This document shows, piece after piece, positions 18,295 to 29,758 of a DNA stretch of 60,520 nucleotides. Within the stretch, counting starts at the first letter, position 1. Each line of letters opens with the position of its first letter. Source of the DNA: a virus (Duplodnaviria; Caudoviricetes); the IMG/VR virus record IMGVR_UViG_3300044621_001247, positions 1 to 60,520 of that record, one strand, 5' to 3'. The notes beneath the pieces are model-generated. The model saw nothing but the letters and a program-made list of their open reading frames with translations. It was not told the DNA's origin and made no database searches. The position numbers and the translations under genes are program-made.

Positions 18295-21200
18295 TGGACT
18301 GCCACCACCCTGAGATTCTTGACGACGGGAACCCGTGTCTTGTCGTTGCTGTACATGCACACCTTGACTAGGAAAACATTGAACGGATTCGAGGGAACAA
18401 GCGTATACGATGCCTCCCTGAAGTCGTATGGATTGGTCGAGTTCTTGAACTGACCGCCAGCAAAGAACTCTCCCGTAGAGTCGAGAGTCATGAGTTGATA
18501 TCCCGTGTCTCCCAGTTCCCTGTTCACCTTGCTGGAATCGATGGTCTTGGCAAACACGCGAATGAATGAGTTCGGAGGGATGTTCGCGCTGAGGAACACC
18601 TTGAGTTCCGTTCCCTTGAGGTCACCGGGAATCGTGCTGTACTTGGTGATGTATCTCGCGGTGTCGTCTCCCTCCACGGAAGAGACATCCTGCTGTGCCA
18701 CAGCCGTGCTGTGGGACACGCCCCGCCTTGGGCGGTTCTTGGGGTTCCTGCTGGGCTGTCCCGACACCGCAGCCTGTTCGACCGTGGTCTCGCTGCCGAC
18801 GCTGTTCACGATGTATTCCACCGCGATCAGGTTCGACCTGTCCATGTCGATCATGAATGTGCCGATGGATTCGTCGGTCTTTCCGATGGTGAACTCCACG
18901 AACGCCGTGGCTGTGGTGTCGAAGTCGAAGGAATTCTTCAGGGGAATGCTGCGACCGTTGACCATCCTGTATGTCGATGACCCAAGCGTGATTTCATTGC
19001 TGATCGATATGTCCGATGGAGCGAACATGAAGATGTTCGGCTGAACTATGCTGACCTCGTTGATGCCGTCTCCCGTGATTCCGACCTGTAGGTTGAAAGG
19101 ATCAGCCCTCTGGAAGTTGCAGCGATAGAGGCTGAACATGAGGTCTGTGTTGGAGTCGCCAGAGACCTCGGAGTCGTTCTGTGAACGGAACAACGCGCCC
19201 TTCTGGAAGGTCGAGGATATCCTCTCGTCCGTCTCTATGTCGGTCTCTCCGATGTTAGCCACGAACACGGTGTAGTTCTGGCTGTTGGTCGAGATCAGTA
19301 TCGCATACTCGCCTGGTGCAAGGAACACTGGAGTGCTGAACTTGAAGTTCGTAGCCGCTGGCGATGCCTCGTCCACGGTCAGTTCGGATGGCTTCTTGGT
19401 GACGGTGCTGAACGGCAGTATGACCGATGTGTGCGGAAGCCCGTTGATGACTGGGCATAGTTCGACCGTGATGGGAAGTTCCGCATCTGCCGTGGCAATG
19501 TGGATGTCAACGCTCTCGGCAAAGAACCCGTTGGGGTACAGGTCTTCGTTGACCTCGAATGTCTGAGCCAGCGGATCGATCCACTGGTTGTATCTGACCG
19601 TGTTGAGGTTCTTCTTTCTGTAGAGGGGAGTTGACACTACCTTGTTGCTGTTCGGTGTCTGCTTCCTTATCTCGGGATCGCGGATGGCGACGACGCTGAG
19701 GTTCTTGCTTTCCCTGATGCCTGAGCATTGGAAGGAAGCCTCGGCAATAGTTGTGGCATTCTCGATGTCGTTCGAGGCATCATCGACGACTCGGATTATC
19801 TTCTCGCCAACCGTGAACAGACCCGCTGGAATGTTCATGTTGACGGACATCAGCGACCCATCGACCGCATTGGTCATGAACGGACCACTTGCCCCATTCA
19901 TGGTGCAGTAGGCATTCATGTTCACATTGTCCATGAAGACATGAACCTGTGTGCCGGGCTTTAGGTTCACGACATCGAACTTTACCGTGTTGTCTCGGAC
20001 GAATGGAACCACGCTCTTGTTGACAAGCGTGTCGGTTGCCACTTCGTTGTAGTAACCCTTCCTGCGGAAGTCGGTGCGGTAGATTCCACGCGAGGATGCC
20101 GTGTCGTCAACCTTCCTGGACACGGCATCGTTGTCGAACCACTTGTTCTCGGCAGAGTTGGACTGCTTTGCCATGCGGCTTCTTGAGAAGAAGTATGCGT
20201 TTCTCTCGCTCTCCGCGTCCGTAAGTTCGACCGACAGCCCCGTCCACAGGCTCTCCCAATCGTTCCACTGCGAACCGTGACCGCTGTACGAGTTCATCGT
20301 TCCGACGAGCCAGGCATCGTTCACGCCTCCGTCGTTGACCCTCACCACCGGTCGCCTCGACTTGTCGTACCAGAAGTCTGCGTGGGGATAGACCTTCATG
20401 CTGCCCACCCAGTTGGGAAGACCGAAGGGATTCACCCGAACAGCCTTGCTAGCCTTGGACTGAGTGACCACGGGATCGGTGTTCCGCGTGAAGACCTCGC
20501 AGAGAATGTTGTCCTTCGTCAGGGTTATGCCCTGAGCGGACGGAGCGATGAAGTCGTAGGCATGGGAATCGAACGATGGTCTGAGTTCCCCGCGCTCCAC
20601 ATCGATTGAGCATCGGTGGTCATCGCTCACCACATCGGCTACTGAGTGACCGACGAATGTATCGACCAGCACTGCCCTCTTGATGGCATCCTGACCGTTC
20701 GTCTTGACGATGTCCTTGGAGACCACGCTGAGTTCCACATCGGTCAGCACGGCATGCTGCTCAAGTTCGTCGATGCGGCGAGACATCGTCCCGATGTCCT
20801 TCATCGTGAACCTGTCGTTTCCGATGCTTTCAGCCTTGATGTCGGTGGGATTGAATGTATATGCCGGTACGCTCAACACGAAGAGGGTCATCGAGTCCGA
20901 TGTGTCCTCGGGAACAACTGGCGAATCGCTGGCGATTCCGCCCACCCTCTGCAATGTTGTGACTTCTCCGTCAGCCGCTATGTTGCGGGAAACGACGATC
21001 TTGTCGATCCGTGGAAGATACGCATCGTGGTCGCTTGCAATGCTGGACTGAATGGGAGCGAACCCGTTTGAGTAGTTGATGAGCGGTCGGTTGTACTGGT
21101 TTGGAACCGACGATCCGGATGAACCAAGCGTGTTTCCAGAGTAGAAGCCGATTATCTTGGCGATTGGACGGTAGTCAACCGCATTCGCAAGATGCACCGA

Positions 21201-23624
21201 GTTCCCCGTATGCGGATCCGTGTAGACGGGGATCTGGTCGTATGAGAGTCCGAGGTAGGAGTCTCGGACGAAAGGACCATATCCGCTGTGATCGAAGTTG
21301 GTGTATGTGACCGTGAACTGGAAGGTCTTCGTCTCCTCGTAGGTGGAGAAGAAGTTCGGCTTCACAAACAGCCTGGCGAGAAGATATGCCGAATCGCGCT
21401 GACCATTGTCGAACTGAAACCTATGCGAGATGTCGTTTCCGCTGCCGTCCTGGATGGAAACTATGCGGTGGACATCAGCCTTGTTCAGGGTGAAGTACAT
21501 CTCGTAGATGCCGTTCGCGCTGTTCCTTCTGATGATGCGCTTGCTCACATTGGACTGACTGGTGGTGTTCGTGATGGTCTCGGAGGTCTGCACAAGTGTC
21601 TTTGTGCGGATCTTCGATGTGTCAACGGACACCCCCTGCAAGTTGGTAGAGACTGCCTTGACCTTTCCGACAAGCCGATAGCCGCCAGGAGGCAGTTGGC
21701 TTGTGAAGACCACGAAGTCTCCGCTACCTGATATCTTCGCCCGCGCAACGCTCTGTCCCGATGGAATCTGTGCGCTTTGACCTACGATCTTGAGGATCGT
21801 GCCTGGAGCGAGGTAGTTCGCGTTCGTCGGAGGAAGAGACGGTGATTCGGAAACGACATAGTATCCGTCCTCGGAGTCCAGAACGACATCGTTTCCATCT
21901 GGCACGAAGCCCTGTCCTATGTTCGCTGCCTCGAAGCACCAGTTGTATTCGTTGCCAAGCCCCAGTTCCACCTCTGGAAACGGGTTTGCAGCGGACACCA
22001 CGAATGTCCTGGACACATCGTGGACATACGAAACGCTGTCCACATTCGCAATCATGGTGGTCGGGGTGTTTCCGTTGAGCGGATAGACAAGGCTCTGGCT
22101 GGCGAAGTCATGGAACTTGGGAACTGCCGAGTTGGCGGCATCCCTAGTGATGTCCGAGAGCAACTTGGTCGATATCCGCGTGACTGGATCGATCATGTAG
22201 AGGTTGATCGGCAGACCCACCGTGGTTCCGAACTTGATGTTCTCCACCGAAGACAGGTATGCGCGGAACTGCATCGTCGCGCCTTGGGTGCTGTTCACGG
22301 TGGGATCGTCGGTGTCGAGCCTGTGGAGTATTCCGCTGAACAGGGTGTTGGCATACCCGTTCGCAAGGAACTCCTGTGCGGTGAGAGGTTGGGTTGCCCC
22401 GTAGACCTCGACCGACAGGCTTCTCTCGCCCCTCAACTGGCTTGGAAGGGAGAAGAGCGGAGCGATGTTCGTTCCCGATGCAACGGGGTTGTACTTGCCA
22501 AGGATGTAGTTGCCGAAGTAGTTCGACACGCCCATGTACTGATACTCGGTGATCGTCCTTGCCTTTGGAACCTCTATCTGCTCCTTGAAGCGGGACTCGT
22601 ATTCGTGTCCGAAGACATATGCCTTGCCCGAACCGATCTCAGCAACCACTGAAGAGGCATCCGTGGAGTCCTTGAAGGTTATGTCGAACGGCTTTACGAC
22701 ATAGTTTCCCTTCTCGTCGTATGTCCTCTGAGCGAACAGGTTCATCAAGTCGGAATACTGCGTCTGGTCGAACTTCCGCACGACGGTTCCGTTCTGATAC
22801 CTGACCAGTTCGACGAAGTCCTTCTCGGAGTCGGTCTCGACGAAAGACAAGACCATGTCCACCTTATATCGGTGAGCGCCGGGTGCGTTGTAGTTGTATG
22901 ATCCGCTGGCGGGATCCTTGAGGGTGTAGTCGTCCTTCTCGGTGACTATCATGGATACGACCCTGAATCCCATCGATCCCGATGGAGCGGTGAATGTCCT
23001 CACCCCATCGACCACCGTGTAGGCTGGTTCGATCTGATCGCTTGTCCTTACGAAGAACCCGTTAGCATAGTAGATGCCTTCGCCCGTAGCCACGACACGG
23101 CATCTGCCCTTGTATGGAAGCGTCTGCGAGTCTGGGGCTGTGGTGACATTGAAGAACTTGTCTGGATTGTCCGACTCAAGCGAGGTCGATGCGGAGAACT
23201 CGGTTCCCGACATGTAACTGATGACTGCAACTACGAAGTTGTCGTCGTCTCCCGCCGGAGGCAGGAAGTCGAGAACCTTGGCTTTCGACACGACATTGCC
23301 CGAACCATCGCGCTGTATGAGGTTGAAGCCGACGATGTCCTGCTCCGCTAGGTTGAACAGAGGGACAGACGAAGACTGAGGAAGAAGCCTGACGAAGTTG
23401 AGGGTCTGCGTTGAGATGTTTCCGCCGATGATGCGGCTTCCGTCCCTGAAGATGTTGTTGCCGAACCGCTCGATCTGGTTCTGAAGGATGGTCTGCAACT
23501 GCGTCAGTTCGCGGGTCTGAACCGCGTAGCCTGGACGGAACAGCATCCTGAGGAACTTCTTGTCCTCCTCGTAGTCATCGTAGTAGGGGCGAACATTGAA
23601 CAGGCTCGGATCGTAAGAGGGCAT
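18291..23624 (-). CDS. vrlC: VrlC-like large virion structural protein (DUF4815-type)
   Basis: PYYDDY...LFRPGYAVQTRELTQLQTILQNQIERFG, NAPGAHRYK, YLPRIDK and DPLAQTF motifs. Confidence 0.88.
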   Translation of the reverse strand: MPSYDPSLFNVRPYYDDYEEDKKFLRMLFRPGYAVQTRELTQLQTILQNQIERFGNNIFRDGSRIIGGNISTQTLNFVRLLPQSSSVPLFNLAEQDIVGFNLIQRDGSGNVVSKAKVLDFLPPAGDDDNFVVAVISYMSGTEFSASTSLESDNPDKFFNVTTAPDSQTLPYKGRCRVVATGEGIYYANGFFVRTSDQIEPAYTVVDGVRTFTAPSGSMGFRVVSMIVTEKDDYTLKDPASGSYNYNAPGAHRYKVDMVLSFVETDSEKDFVELVRYQNGTVVRKFDQTQYSDLMNLFAQRTYDEKGNYVVKPFDITFKDSTDASSVVAEIGSGKAYVFGHEYESRFKEQIEVPKARTITEYQYMGVSNYFGNYILGKYNPVASGTNIAPLFSLPSQLRGERSLSVEVYGATQPLTAQEFLANGYANTLFSGILHRLDTDDPTVNSTQGATMQFRAYLSSVENIKFGTTVGLPINLYMIDPVTRISTKLLSDITRDAANSAVPKFHDFASQSLVYPLNGNTPTTMIANVDSVSYVHDVSRTFVVSAANPFPEVELGLGNEYNWCFEAANIGQGFVPDGNDVVLDSEDGYYVVSESPSLPPTNANYLAPGTILKIVGQSAQIPSGQSVARAKISGSGDFVVFTSQLPPGGYRLVGKVKAVSTNLQGVSVDTSKIRTKTLVQTSETITNTTSQSNVSKRIIRRNSANGIYEMYFTLNKADVHRIVSIQDGSGNDISHRFQFDNGQRDSAYLLARLFVKPNFFSTYEETKTFQFTVTYTNFDHSGYGPFVRDSYLGLSYDQIPVYTDPHTGNSVHLANAVDYRPIAKIIGFYSGNTLGSSGSSVPNQYNRPLINYSNGFAPIQSSIASDHDAYLPRIDKIVVSRNIAADGEVTTLQRVGGIASDSPVVPEDTSDSMTLFVLSVPAYTFNPTDIKAESIGNDRFTMKDIGTMSRRIDELEQHAVLTDVELSVVSKDIVKTNGQDAIKRAVLVDTFVGHSVADVVSDDHRCSIDVERGELRPSFDSHAYDFIAPSAQGITLTKDNILCEVFTRNTDPVVTQSKASKAVRVNPFGLPNWVGSMKVYPHADFWYDKSRRPVVRVNDGGVNDAWLVGTMNSYSGHGSQWNDWESLWTGLSVELTDAESERNAYFFSRSRMAKQSNSAENKWFDNDAVSRKVDDTASSRGIYRTDFRRKGYYNEVATDTLVNKSVVPFVRDNTVKFDVVNLKPGTQVHVFMDNVNMNAYCTMNGASGPFMTNAVDGSLMSVNMNIPAGLFTVGEKIIRVVDDASNDIENATTIAEASFQCSGIRESKNLSVVAIRDPEIRKQTPNSNKVVSTPLYRKKNLNTVRYNQWIDPLAQTFEVNEDLYPNGFFAESVDIHIATADAELPITVELCPVINGLPHTSVILPFSTVTKKPSELTVDEASPAATNFKFSTPVFLAPGEYAILISTNSQNYTVFVANIGETDIETDERISSTFQKGALFRSQNDSEVSGDSNTDLMFSLYRCNFQRADPFNLQVGITGDGINEVSIVQPNIFMFAPSDISISNEITLGSSTYRMVNGRSIPLKNSFDFDTTATAFVEFTIGKTDESIGTFMIDMDRSNLIAVEYIVNSVGSETTVEQAAVSGQPSRNPKNRPRRGVSHSTAVAQQDVSSVEGDDTARYITKYSTIPGDLKGTELKVFLSANIPPNSFIRVFAKTIDSSKVNRELGDTGYQLMTLDSTGEFFAGGQFKNSTNPYDFREASYTLVPSNPFNVFLVKVCMYSNDKTRVPVVKNLRVVAVQ

Positions 23625-23635
23625 CTACATTGCTC

Positions 23636-25936
23636 CTAGAAACCTATGACAATCTTGAACTCTTCCGATTGTTCCTGATTTCTCTGTATTGGTCGGATAT
23701 TCTCTATGTATAGCAACTCACCCGAACCCACTGAGATGTCCGGAAGCGTTATTCCCGCGATGGTGACGGTCATCTGCTGTGCGGCAGTCAGTCCGTATTC
23801 GGTGAAGGACAGCGAATCTGTGGTGTTGAACTTGCCCCTGACATTGTTCACACGGAGTATTCCGGTGAGACCGCTTCCCCCTTGGACGGTGAAGTCAAGT
23901 ATGTCAGCGTCCGTGCGGACGAGCGTCTTGGGATCGGTCTGCGAGAGGGTTCCATCCACGGCGGGAACTCCGAAGAGGACACCATCCGTGAACGGCGTTC
24001 CAGAAACTACTGTTATCTTGGTGGTCAGGTCGTATCGACCGATGTCCTCGGCTATTGAAGGTCTGAACGAAGTGGAAGCGATGCGACCGAACACCTCGTC
24101 CCCGCCGAAAGTCATGAAGGAACTTCCTCCAGTGCTTCCGATTGTGAGTTGACCGATGGACTCTCCATACTCTTGATCGACATCCAGTATGGCTGCTGAC
24201 TCCATGGTGTAGCCAGCGGTCCCGAAAGAGATTAGCCTGTCCTTGGTGAATGCTCCCTGTAGGGTGTCTATGACCACGCTTCGGTCGTAGAGGTCGTATG
24301 AGAATATCGTTCCATACGCGGAAAGGGTCTGTCCTACCACGGATGAATACTGCCTTGCGATGTCGCCAGTGGCAAATGGAGCGGAATAAGTGGCTCCGTA
24401 GTAGACCCTCACCTTGCTGGACGAGTCATCGGAGAACCTGAAGTCTCCCTCGATGTCCTTGAGATATAGACGAAGCATGCTGCTTCTGCTTGGAACGAAC
24501 CTGTCGCTGTCCACTATCCGTGCCGTGGCACGGCTTTCCTTGCCGAATATGAACATTCCGGGAACGAATGTGTTCAGCGAATACTTGTCGGTCTTGGTCG
24601 GCTGCTTCTTGACCAGAACCTCCAGTATCCTCTGCTCTTCCTGACCCGCAAGGGTCTCGCCTCCCCGAAGAAGGGGACTCTTGAGGATTCCGAACTGCCT
24701 GTAGTCGTTCCTGTGGCTTATCTTGCCGTCTTCTGTTCCATCGACCTCAACTACCATCATCAGGCTGGCGGGCTTGAGTTCGCGGATTGCGTTGTATCCA
24801 TGACCCTTCGGCGTGGACAGGCTTGCCGAAATGGTGTTGTTCAGGGTTGCAACTGCCGTTCCAATGCTCGGTCCAGAGGCTCCCGTGACCACCCTTGGTC
24901 TGGCATATGTGTAGTTCCTGCCTGGGTTCAGGATGGTCAGGTTGTCGATCTTCCTGTCGGAGTCGGTGACGGGTGCTACGACTGCACCAGTTCCATCTCC
25001 ATCGACGACCATGTATGGGACTATCCTGTATTGGCTCAGGGTGGAGACTGGTCTGTCGAGCGGTGGGTGGATCTCCGCATAGTGGTAGGAGACTCCGCTT
25101 CCCGTCTTGGCAAAGTTCACTATCCTGAGATACTGACCGATGCCAGGACCATCGGTGACGCGGATGGCATAGTCGTTCCAGTATCCGTTTGCGGGATTGA
25201 TCGCCTCGTCGCCTATGTTTATGGTGACTATCGTCGAACCAGCCTGATTGGCGGTCACACCAAGGTCGGGAACCGTGTTGAAGGAGGTGAAGAATCGGCT
25301 GTAGCGGAAAGACTTGTCGAATGTCGGTCCCGCCGTCTTGGTGAAGGAAACGGTGTCTATGCTTCCAGGAACCGCGCTGTCCTGCACCGCCCTCTGCTCA
25401 AGGTTCTCGTCTCCCGCAAGGAAGACCGGAATGTAATCGAGCGTGATGTGTCCAAGATAGTCCTCAGGAACGGTGTAGATGTATTTCCAAGAGTAGCCAT
25501 CGGACAGGCTGAATACCTGAGTGGATCTGCCTGTAGGCATGATGGTCGATGCGTTTCCGGTGGACTTCATGCACTTGTAGACATCGTTTTCGGAAGTGAA
25601 GACATACCATTCCTTGTCCGCAAGGTCTGTGGTCTCCGAATAAGCCGCGTAGGTGGTTCCTGGCGTCCAGTCTATGCGCGGAACGATCAGTTTCGTGTTC
25701 TCGGGGAAAATCCTCTTGATGAAGATGCCGTTGCGAATGGAGTCGTATGTGTTCCTGCCGACCTCTCCGAACGACGGTGGTCTCGTGTCGCTTTCGACAG
25801 CCGTGGTCGATGGGTTGTCCTCGTAGGGGAGAGAACGACCCACGAACAGGTAGTAGTTGCTGCTTCCCGAGAGAAAATCGCGGATGATCTCCACGATGTC
25901 GGTTTTGAAGAGTGACTTGAGGGCGGTGTTTGCCAT
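23636..25936 (-). CDS. gp8: Baseplate wedge subunit
   Basis: VPRIDWTPG, VYKC, DGYSWKYIYT, NDYRQFGI and SGELLYIEN motifs. Confidence 0.88.
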   Translation of the reverse strand: MANTALKSLFKTDIVEIIRDFLSGSSNYYLFVGRSLPYEDNPSTTAVESDTRPPSFGEVGRNTYDSIRNGIFIKRIFPENTKLIVPRIDWTPGTTYAAYSETTDLADKEWYVFTSENDVYKCMKSTGNASTIMPTGRSTQVFSLSDGYSWKYIYTVPEDYLGHITLDYIPVFLAGDENLEQRAVQDSAVPGSIDTVSFTKTAGPTFDKSFRYSRFFTSFNTVPDLGVTANQAGSTIVTINIGDEAINPANGYWNDYAIRVTDGPGIGQYLRIVNFAKTGSGVSYHYAEIHPPLDRPVSTLSQYRIVPYMVVDGDGTGAVVAPVTDSDRKIDNLTILNPGRNYTYARPRVVTGASGPSIGTAVATLNNTISASLSTPKGHGYNAIRELKPASLMMVVEVDGTEDGKISHRNDYRQFGILKSPLLRGGETLAGQEEQRILEVLVKKQPTKTDKYSLNTFVPGMFIFGKESRATARIVDSDRFVPSRSSMLRLYLKDIEGDFRFSDDSSSKVRVYYGATYSAPFATGDIARQYSSVVGQTLSAYGTIFSYDLYDRSVVIDTLQGAFTKDRLISFGTAGYTMESAAILDVDQEYGESIGQLTIGSTGGSSFMTFGGDEVFGRIASTSFRPSIAEDIGRYDLTTKITVVSGTPFTDGVLFGVPAVDGTLSQTDPKTLVRTDADILDFTVQGGSGLTGILRVNNVRGKFNTTDSLSFTEYGLTAAQQMTVTIAGITLPDISVGSGELLYIENIRPIQRNQEQSEEFKIVIGF

Positions 25937-25937
25937 G

Positions 25938-27944
25938 TTAGAAGTTCGGTGATGTCAGTCGAGGGCTTTCTATCAGTCCGTATTCGTTGCCGTCCCCCGT
26001 GGTTCCGACATACGATGTGTTCTGCGGGCTTGAATGGAAGTGATAGCCAAGAGGCATTCTGAAGAATGGGTTGAGTGCCATAGCCCCGAAGGATGCTCCA
26101 GCACCAGTTGATCCGTTCCAGACTCCCGTCAGACCACGGATTCCCCAGATGTTGGGGTGATGGTGTATCCGCCAGTAGTCGTAACTGAACCCCTGTGCTT
26201 CTATGTAGCCCTCGACACCGAGGCTGCTTCCAAGTGGTCTGCCCTGCGTGTCGTGGGTGAACCCACCTGTCTCGGGGACGATTCCTACTCCTGCTCTGAC
26301 AAGGCTCACCGTTGCTGTAAAGCCTGAAGTTGCTGTGAACATCCTGATCGTCTTTCCCTCAACGAAGGAGGATGTGGCTCCAAACAATGCGGTCAATCCC
26401 GCTCCATTCAGGCTGATCCCCCTGAGAAGGAGGATTCCATAGGTTCCTCCATCGTTTAGACTTCTGAACTCAAAGACACCTGCGGTTATGCCGTTTCCGG
26501 AAGCACCGGTAGCAAATACGCTTGTGAAAGTCAGTCCCCCAAAGGTAAACCCGATTGGCTGCACAAAGAGTTTTCCACCCGTGCTTCCGTAGTTCTGCAC
26601 ATTGTTGTATACCGTGGCTCGTGGATTGAAGCCGTTTGGATAGACTCCGTATAGGTCGGCGGTGGTTCCCATCCTGTAAGGTGTGTAGTGACCGATGTAC
26701 GGGAGTTCGTACCTCTGCATCTCGGAATGGAACGGAAGGCTGTCGATCACGCCGCGATCAACCAGTATGTCTCCGAACATCTTGAACCCGGCGGGATGGA
26801 CAAGCCGCTTGTACATCTCCTTGTACATGTCGAACGATATCTCGCTCTTCAGCACATACGAGAAGTCCTGATAGAAGTCTCCGTCGAAAAGACGCTTGGT
26901 GGAACTGAGTTTCCCATCGTTGTTTGAGTAGTATCCCCTGTACTGGCTCAAGGCTGAGACCACGACTGCAAACCTCGCGTTTCCGTCGCCGGTGTTGGAA
27001 ACCACGAATGCGTCCACATCGTCGGAGTATCCTATTCCGGAGTCTATCACGGAAACCGATAGTATCCGTCCGTCCTTGTCGGTTAGTTCTATGGCAACGG
27101 AAGCACCGAATCCCTCAATCGCTCCAGTGAGACCCAACCTGTCGGCTTGTTCGTATCCCGATCCTCCGTTCAGCACATCCACGCGGCTGATGACAGGAAC
27201 GACTCGCTCTTCCAGCGAACCAGAGGGAAGATCGCACCTGATGGGAAGATTGGCTACGAAATCACCGAAAGGCTGTCCGATGAATATCTCCGTGACCTTC
27301 CAGTGCCGCATGTCGTACTGAAACACGCGGGTGACCTGAGCGGATGCCACCACCTGTCCCGTGGCAGGATCGTACTGATATACCCGATTGCCCTCCATCA
27401 GGTAGTTCGCGGTTCCACCCGAACTGGTGGTCTTGAGAGACAGACGCTCTATCCACTTCCCGTCCGATCCCCTGAGTATGTCCTTTCCAGGATAGGCTAC
27501 CTGGGACGAGACATTGTAGATGAGCCTGAACAGGAACCTGAACGACTTCTCCGTTCCCTTGGATCCATAGAAGTTCCTTGCGTTCTTGAGGAAGTTGGCT
27601 TCGCTGACCACCCGTCCGTTCTCGTCGGTTGCCAGTTGATATGGGAATCCGCGCAGATACATTTCGCGGAAGTCGGCAAAAAACAGACCGATGGTACGGT
27701 CGATGTCCGTGCTCTCCGTAAACGAGTCGATGATTCCGAACGCATTCTGATACTGCTCAAGCCACTCGTAGTAAGCCTCGAGGAACAGCCTGAATGTGAC
27801 ATGGTCTCTGTTGACGAAGTCGGGAACCTGATCCACGACCAGGTTGCTGGGACCAAACCTCTTGATGGTAAGTGCTGGCGGCTCCCTCAGCAGAACCTGA
27901 GGTGCTGGAGCGGGACCAGTGGAGCCGAACAGGATCGGAAGCAT
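25938..27944 (-). CDS. gp7: Baseplate wedge protein (gp7-like)
   Basis: QVPDFV...FLEAYYEWLE...FYGSKGTEKSFRFLFRLIY...YQDFSYVLKS...VHPAG; lies between gp6 and gp8. Confidence 0.75.
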   Translation of the reverse strand: MLPILFGSTGPAPAPQVLLREPPALTIKRFGPSNLVVDQVPDFVNRDHVTFRLFLEAYYEWLEQYQNAFGIIDSFTESTDIDRTIGLFFADFREMYLRGFPYQLATDENGRVVSEANFLKNARNFYGSKGTEKSFRFLFRLIYNVSSQVAYPGKDILRGSDGKWIERLSLKTTSSGGTANYLMEGNRVYQYDPATGQVVASAQVTRVFQYDMRHWKVTEIFIGQPFGDFVANLPIRCDLPSGSLEERVVPVISRVDVLNGGSGYEQADRLGLTGAIEGFGASVAIELTDKDGRILSVSVIDSGIGYSDDVDAFVVSNTGDGNARFAVVVSALSQYRGYYSNNDGKLSSTKRLFDGDFYQDFSYVLKSEISFDMYKEMYKRLVHPAGFKMFGDILVDRGVIDSLPFHSEMQRYELPYIGHYTPYRMGTTADLYGVYPNGFNPRATVYNNVQNYGSTGGKLFVQPIGFTFGGLTFTSVFATGASGNGITAGVFEFRSLNDGGTYGILLLRGISLNGAGLTALFGATSSFVEGKTIRMFTATSGFTATVSLVRAGVGIVPETGGFTHDTQGRPLGSSLGVEGYIEAQGFSYDYWRIHHHPNIWGIRGLTGVWNGSTGAGASFGAMALNPFFRMPLGYHFHSSPQNTSYVGTTGDGNEYGLIESPRLTSPNF

Positions 27945-29758
27945 CAGGCTCTCCTGGAGGACGAGTCGGTGAGTCTGACAACCAGACCGCCGTCAAGGCT
28001 TGGGTCGATGAAGAGAACCTGGTTTCGCTTGGGGACTATGTCCTTGGTCTGGTCGGGAACGGCATTGATTTGGATGAACGGCTTCGTTCCTGTTCCAGTG
28101 GGGGCAAATCCAGTCAGGGACATCTTTCCCGTGGCGTAGTCGATCTTGCCGATCCTGTCGTTGATCACCTTGACGGTGGAACCCTTCACGGAGTTCAGGA
28201 CTATGTTTCCAGAACCATTGTCGCTGAGATAGCAGTCCACCACGACATTCTGCGAGTTCCTGTGCTTGAACAGCGAGGACGAGATGACAGAGACGCATGT
28301 TCCCTGGCTTCTCTGCAACTCCGCTCCGAAGTCAAGGTCATAGTTGGACAGACCGAATGTGGGAATGAATCTCTTGGCTAGGCGAGTGCTGATTCGGTTG
28401 CTGACCATGGCGTTGTTGGATAGGTCGATCAGCCTCGATATGGTCGAGTATCGGAAAGATCCGCCGAAGGAGTAGAGGTTTTGCGCGGAGTAGAGGACCG
28501 CAGCGAGTTCTATGGAACGCTTGACTTCGGATTCGCTGGTGAGTGTTCGGGAAGAATCGTATGTCGCGGAGCAGTCGAAGAGGATGTATGTGTAGTCAAC
28601 ATCGACCACCTCAGCCGTCACTGCCACAATCTTCCGTTGGTCGAGTATGGTGTTCAGTATCGTCTTCTTGTCCAGTTCTCCGATGAACTGCGAGTTCTTG
28701 GGTATGACCGAGATGAAGACCTTTCCATATTGAGGTGGGTCGCTCTCCTCCCCGCCCCATACCTTCACCTGAAGGGCGTTGTTGTATTCCTTCAGCACTA
28801 TGGACTCGTAGTCCATTGCCGTGACCGCACGATCCTGCGACTGATAGTATCTCGGGGCTGTATACCTGATTCGCTCGGTGTCGTCCTTCACGCCTCCGAG
28901 GGTGGACGCAGACACCGTGGTGACGGTCGCTCCGAACTGGTTTCCGCCAAGCCCGCCGAAAAGGAACTCCGAGATGTTGTTGCCCTGCGGACCCTGCGTC
29001 TTCATGAAGATGGCTACGATGTACGAACCCTTCTCTGGTTCAGCCCCAAGTATTCCGTCTCCGAACGAGATTTCCGTGTTGCCCTTGTAGTTCTCGTTGA
29101 CGAAGAACACCTTTGATGTTGGGTCTAGGGAGACGAAGTCCCCGTCTCGCTTCCACGAAAGGTCTGCGTTAGACAGATCGGTCGGAGAACGCATGACATA
29201 CAGCCGGATCGTTGATCGGTCGATGTTGTCGAAGGGAAGTTCCATCTTCCTCGAGTTGCTGTCGGGATCGTAGACGATGGAGACGGAGTCGAATGCCCCC
29301 TGGTGTATCTCGACATTCTCGCACTTGTGGGGAGTGCTCGTCTTGTCTATGTCGTATGACTTCAGGGTCACGAAGGAATACTGGATCCCGTCCTTGGTGG
29401 AAGTGAACCTAGTTCCCACCGGAATGGTGTTGTAGCCCACCACATTCTCGCTGAACGACAAGTTGACCACGGCACGGGCTGCGGTGTCGGATGTAGGGAC
29501 ATACCCCAGGTTCTTGGCAAGAGAGACTACCGATCTTCGCAGAACAGCCGAATCGATGAACGACTCTGCGGCAAGCATGTTCGCATACATTGCCATGTAG
29601 TGGGTGTTGTATGCCAGAACATCCAGAAGGATGTTCATTCCCGATCCCTCGAAGTCGTAGTCGGTGAACTCTGGGGTTCCGCTCAGATAGTTCCTGAGGT
29701 TGGTCTTGATTCCCTCGAAGTCTATGTCGGTGATGGGTGAAAGTGCCCGGTTAGGCAT
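27944..29758 (-). CDS. gp6: Baseplate wedge subunit
   Basis: DFEGIKTNL...DYDFEGS...LAYNTHY, QDRAVTAMDY and WGGEESDPPQYGKVFIS. Confidence 0.95.
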   Translation of the reverse strand: MPNRALSPITDIDFEGIKTNLRNYLSGTPEFTDYDFEGSGMNILLDVLAYNTHYMAMYANMLAAESFIDSAVLRRSVVSLAKNLGYVPTSDTAARAVVNLSFSENVVGYNTIPVGTRFTSTKDGIQYSFVTLKSYDIDKTSTPHKCENVEIHQGAFDSVSIVYDPDSNSRKMELPFDNIDRSTIRLYVMRSPTDLSNADLSWKRDGDFVSLDPTSKVFFVNENYKGNTEISFGDGILGAEPEKGSYIVAIFMKTQGPQGNNISEFLFGGLGGNQFGATVTTVSASTLGGVKDDTERIRYTAPRYYQSQDRAVTAMDYESIVLKEYNNALQVKVWGGEESDPPQYGKVFISVIPKNSQFIGELDKKTILNTILDQRKIVAVTAEVVDVDYTYILFDCSATYDSSRTLTSESEVKRSIELAAVLYSAQNLYSFGGSFRYSTISRLIDLSNNAMVSNRISTRLAKRFIPTFGLSNYDLDFGAELQRSQGTCVSVISSSLFKHRNSQNVVVDCYLSDNGSGNIVLNSVKGSTVKVINDRIGKIDYATGKMSLTGFAPTGTGTKPFIQINAVPDQTKDIVPKRNQVLFIDPSLDGGLVVRLTDSSSRRA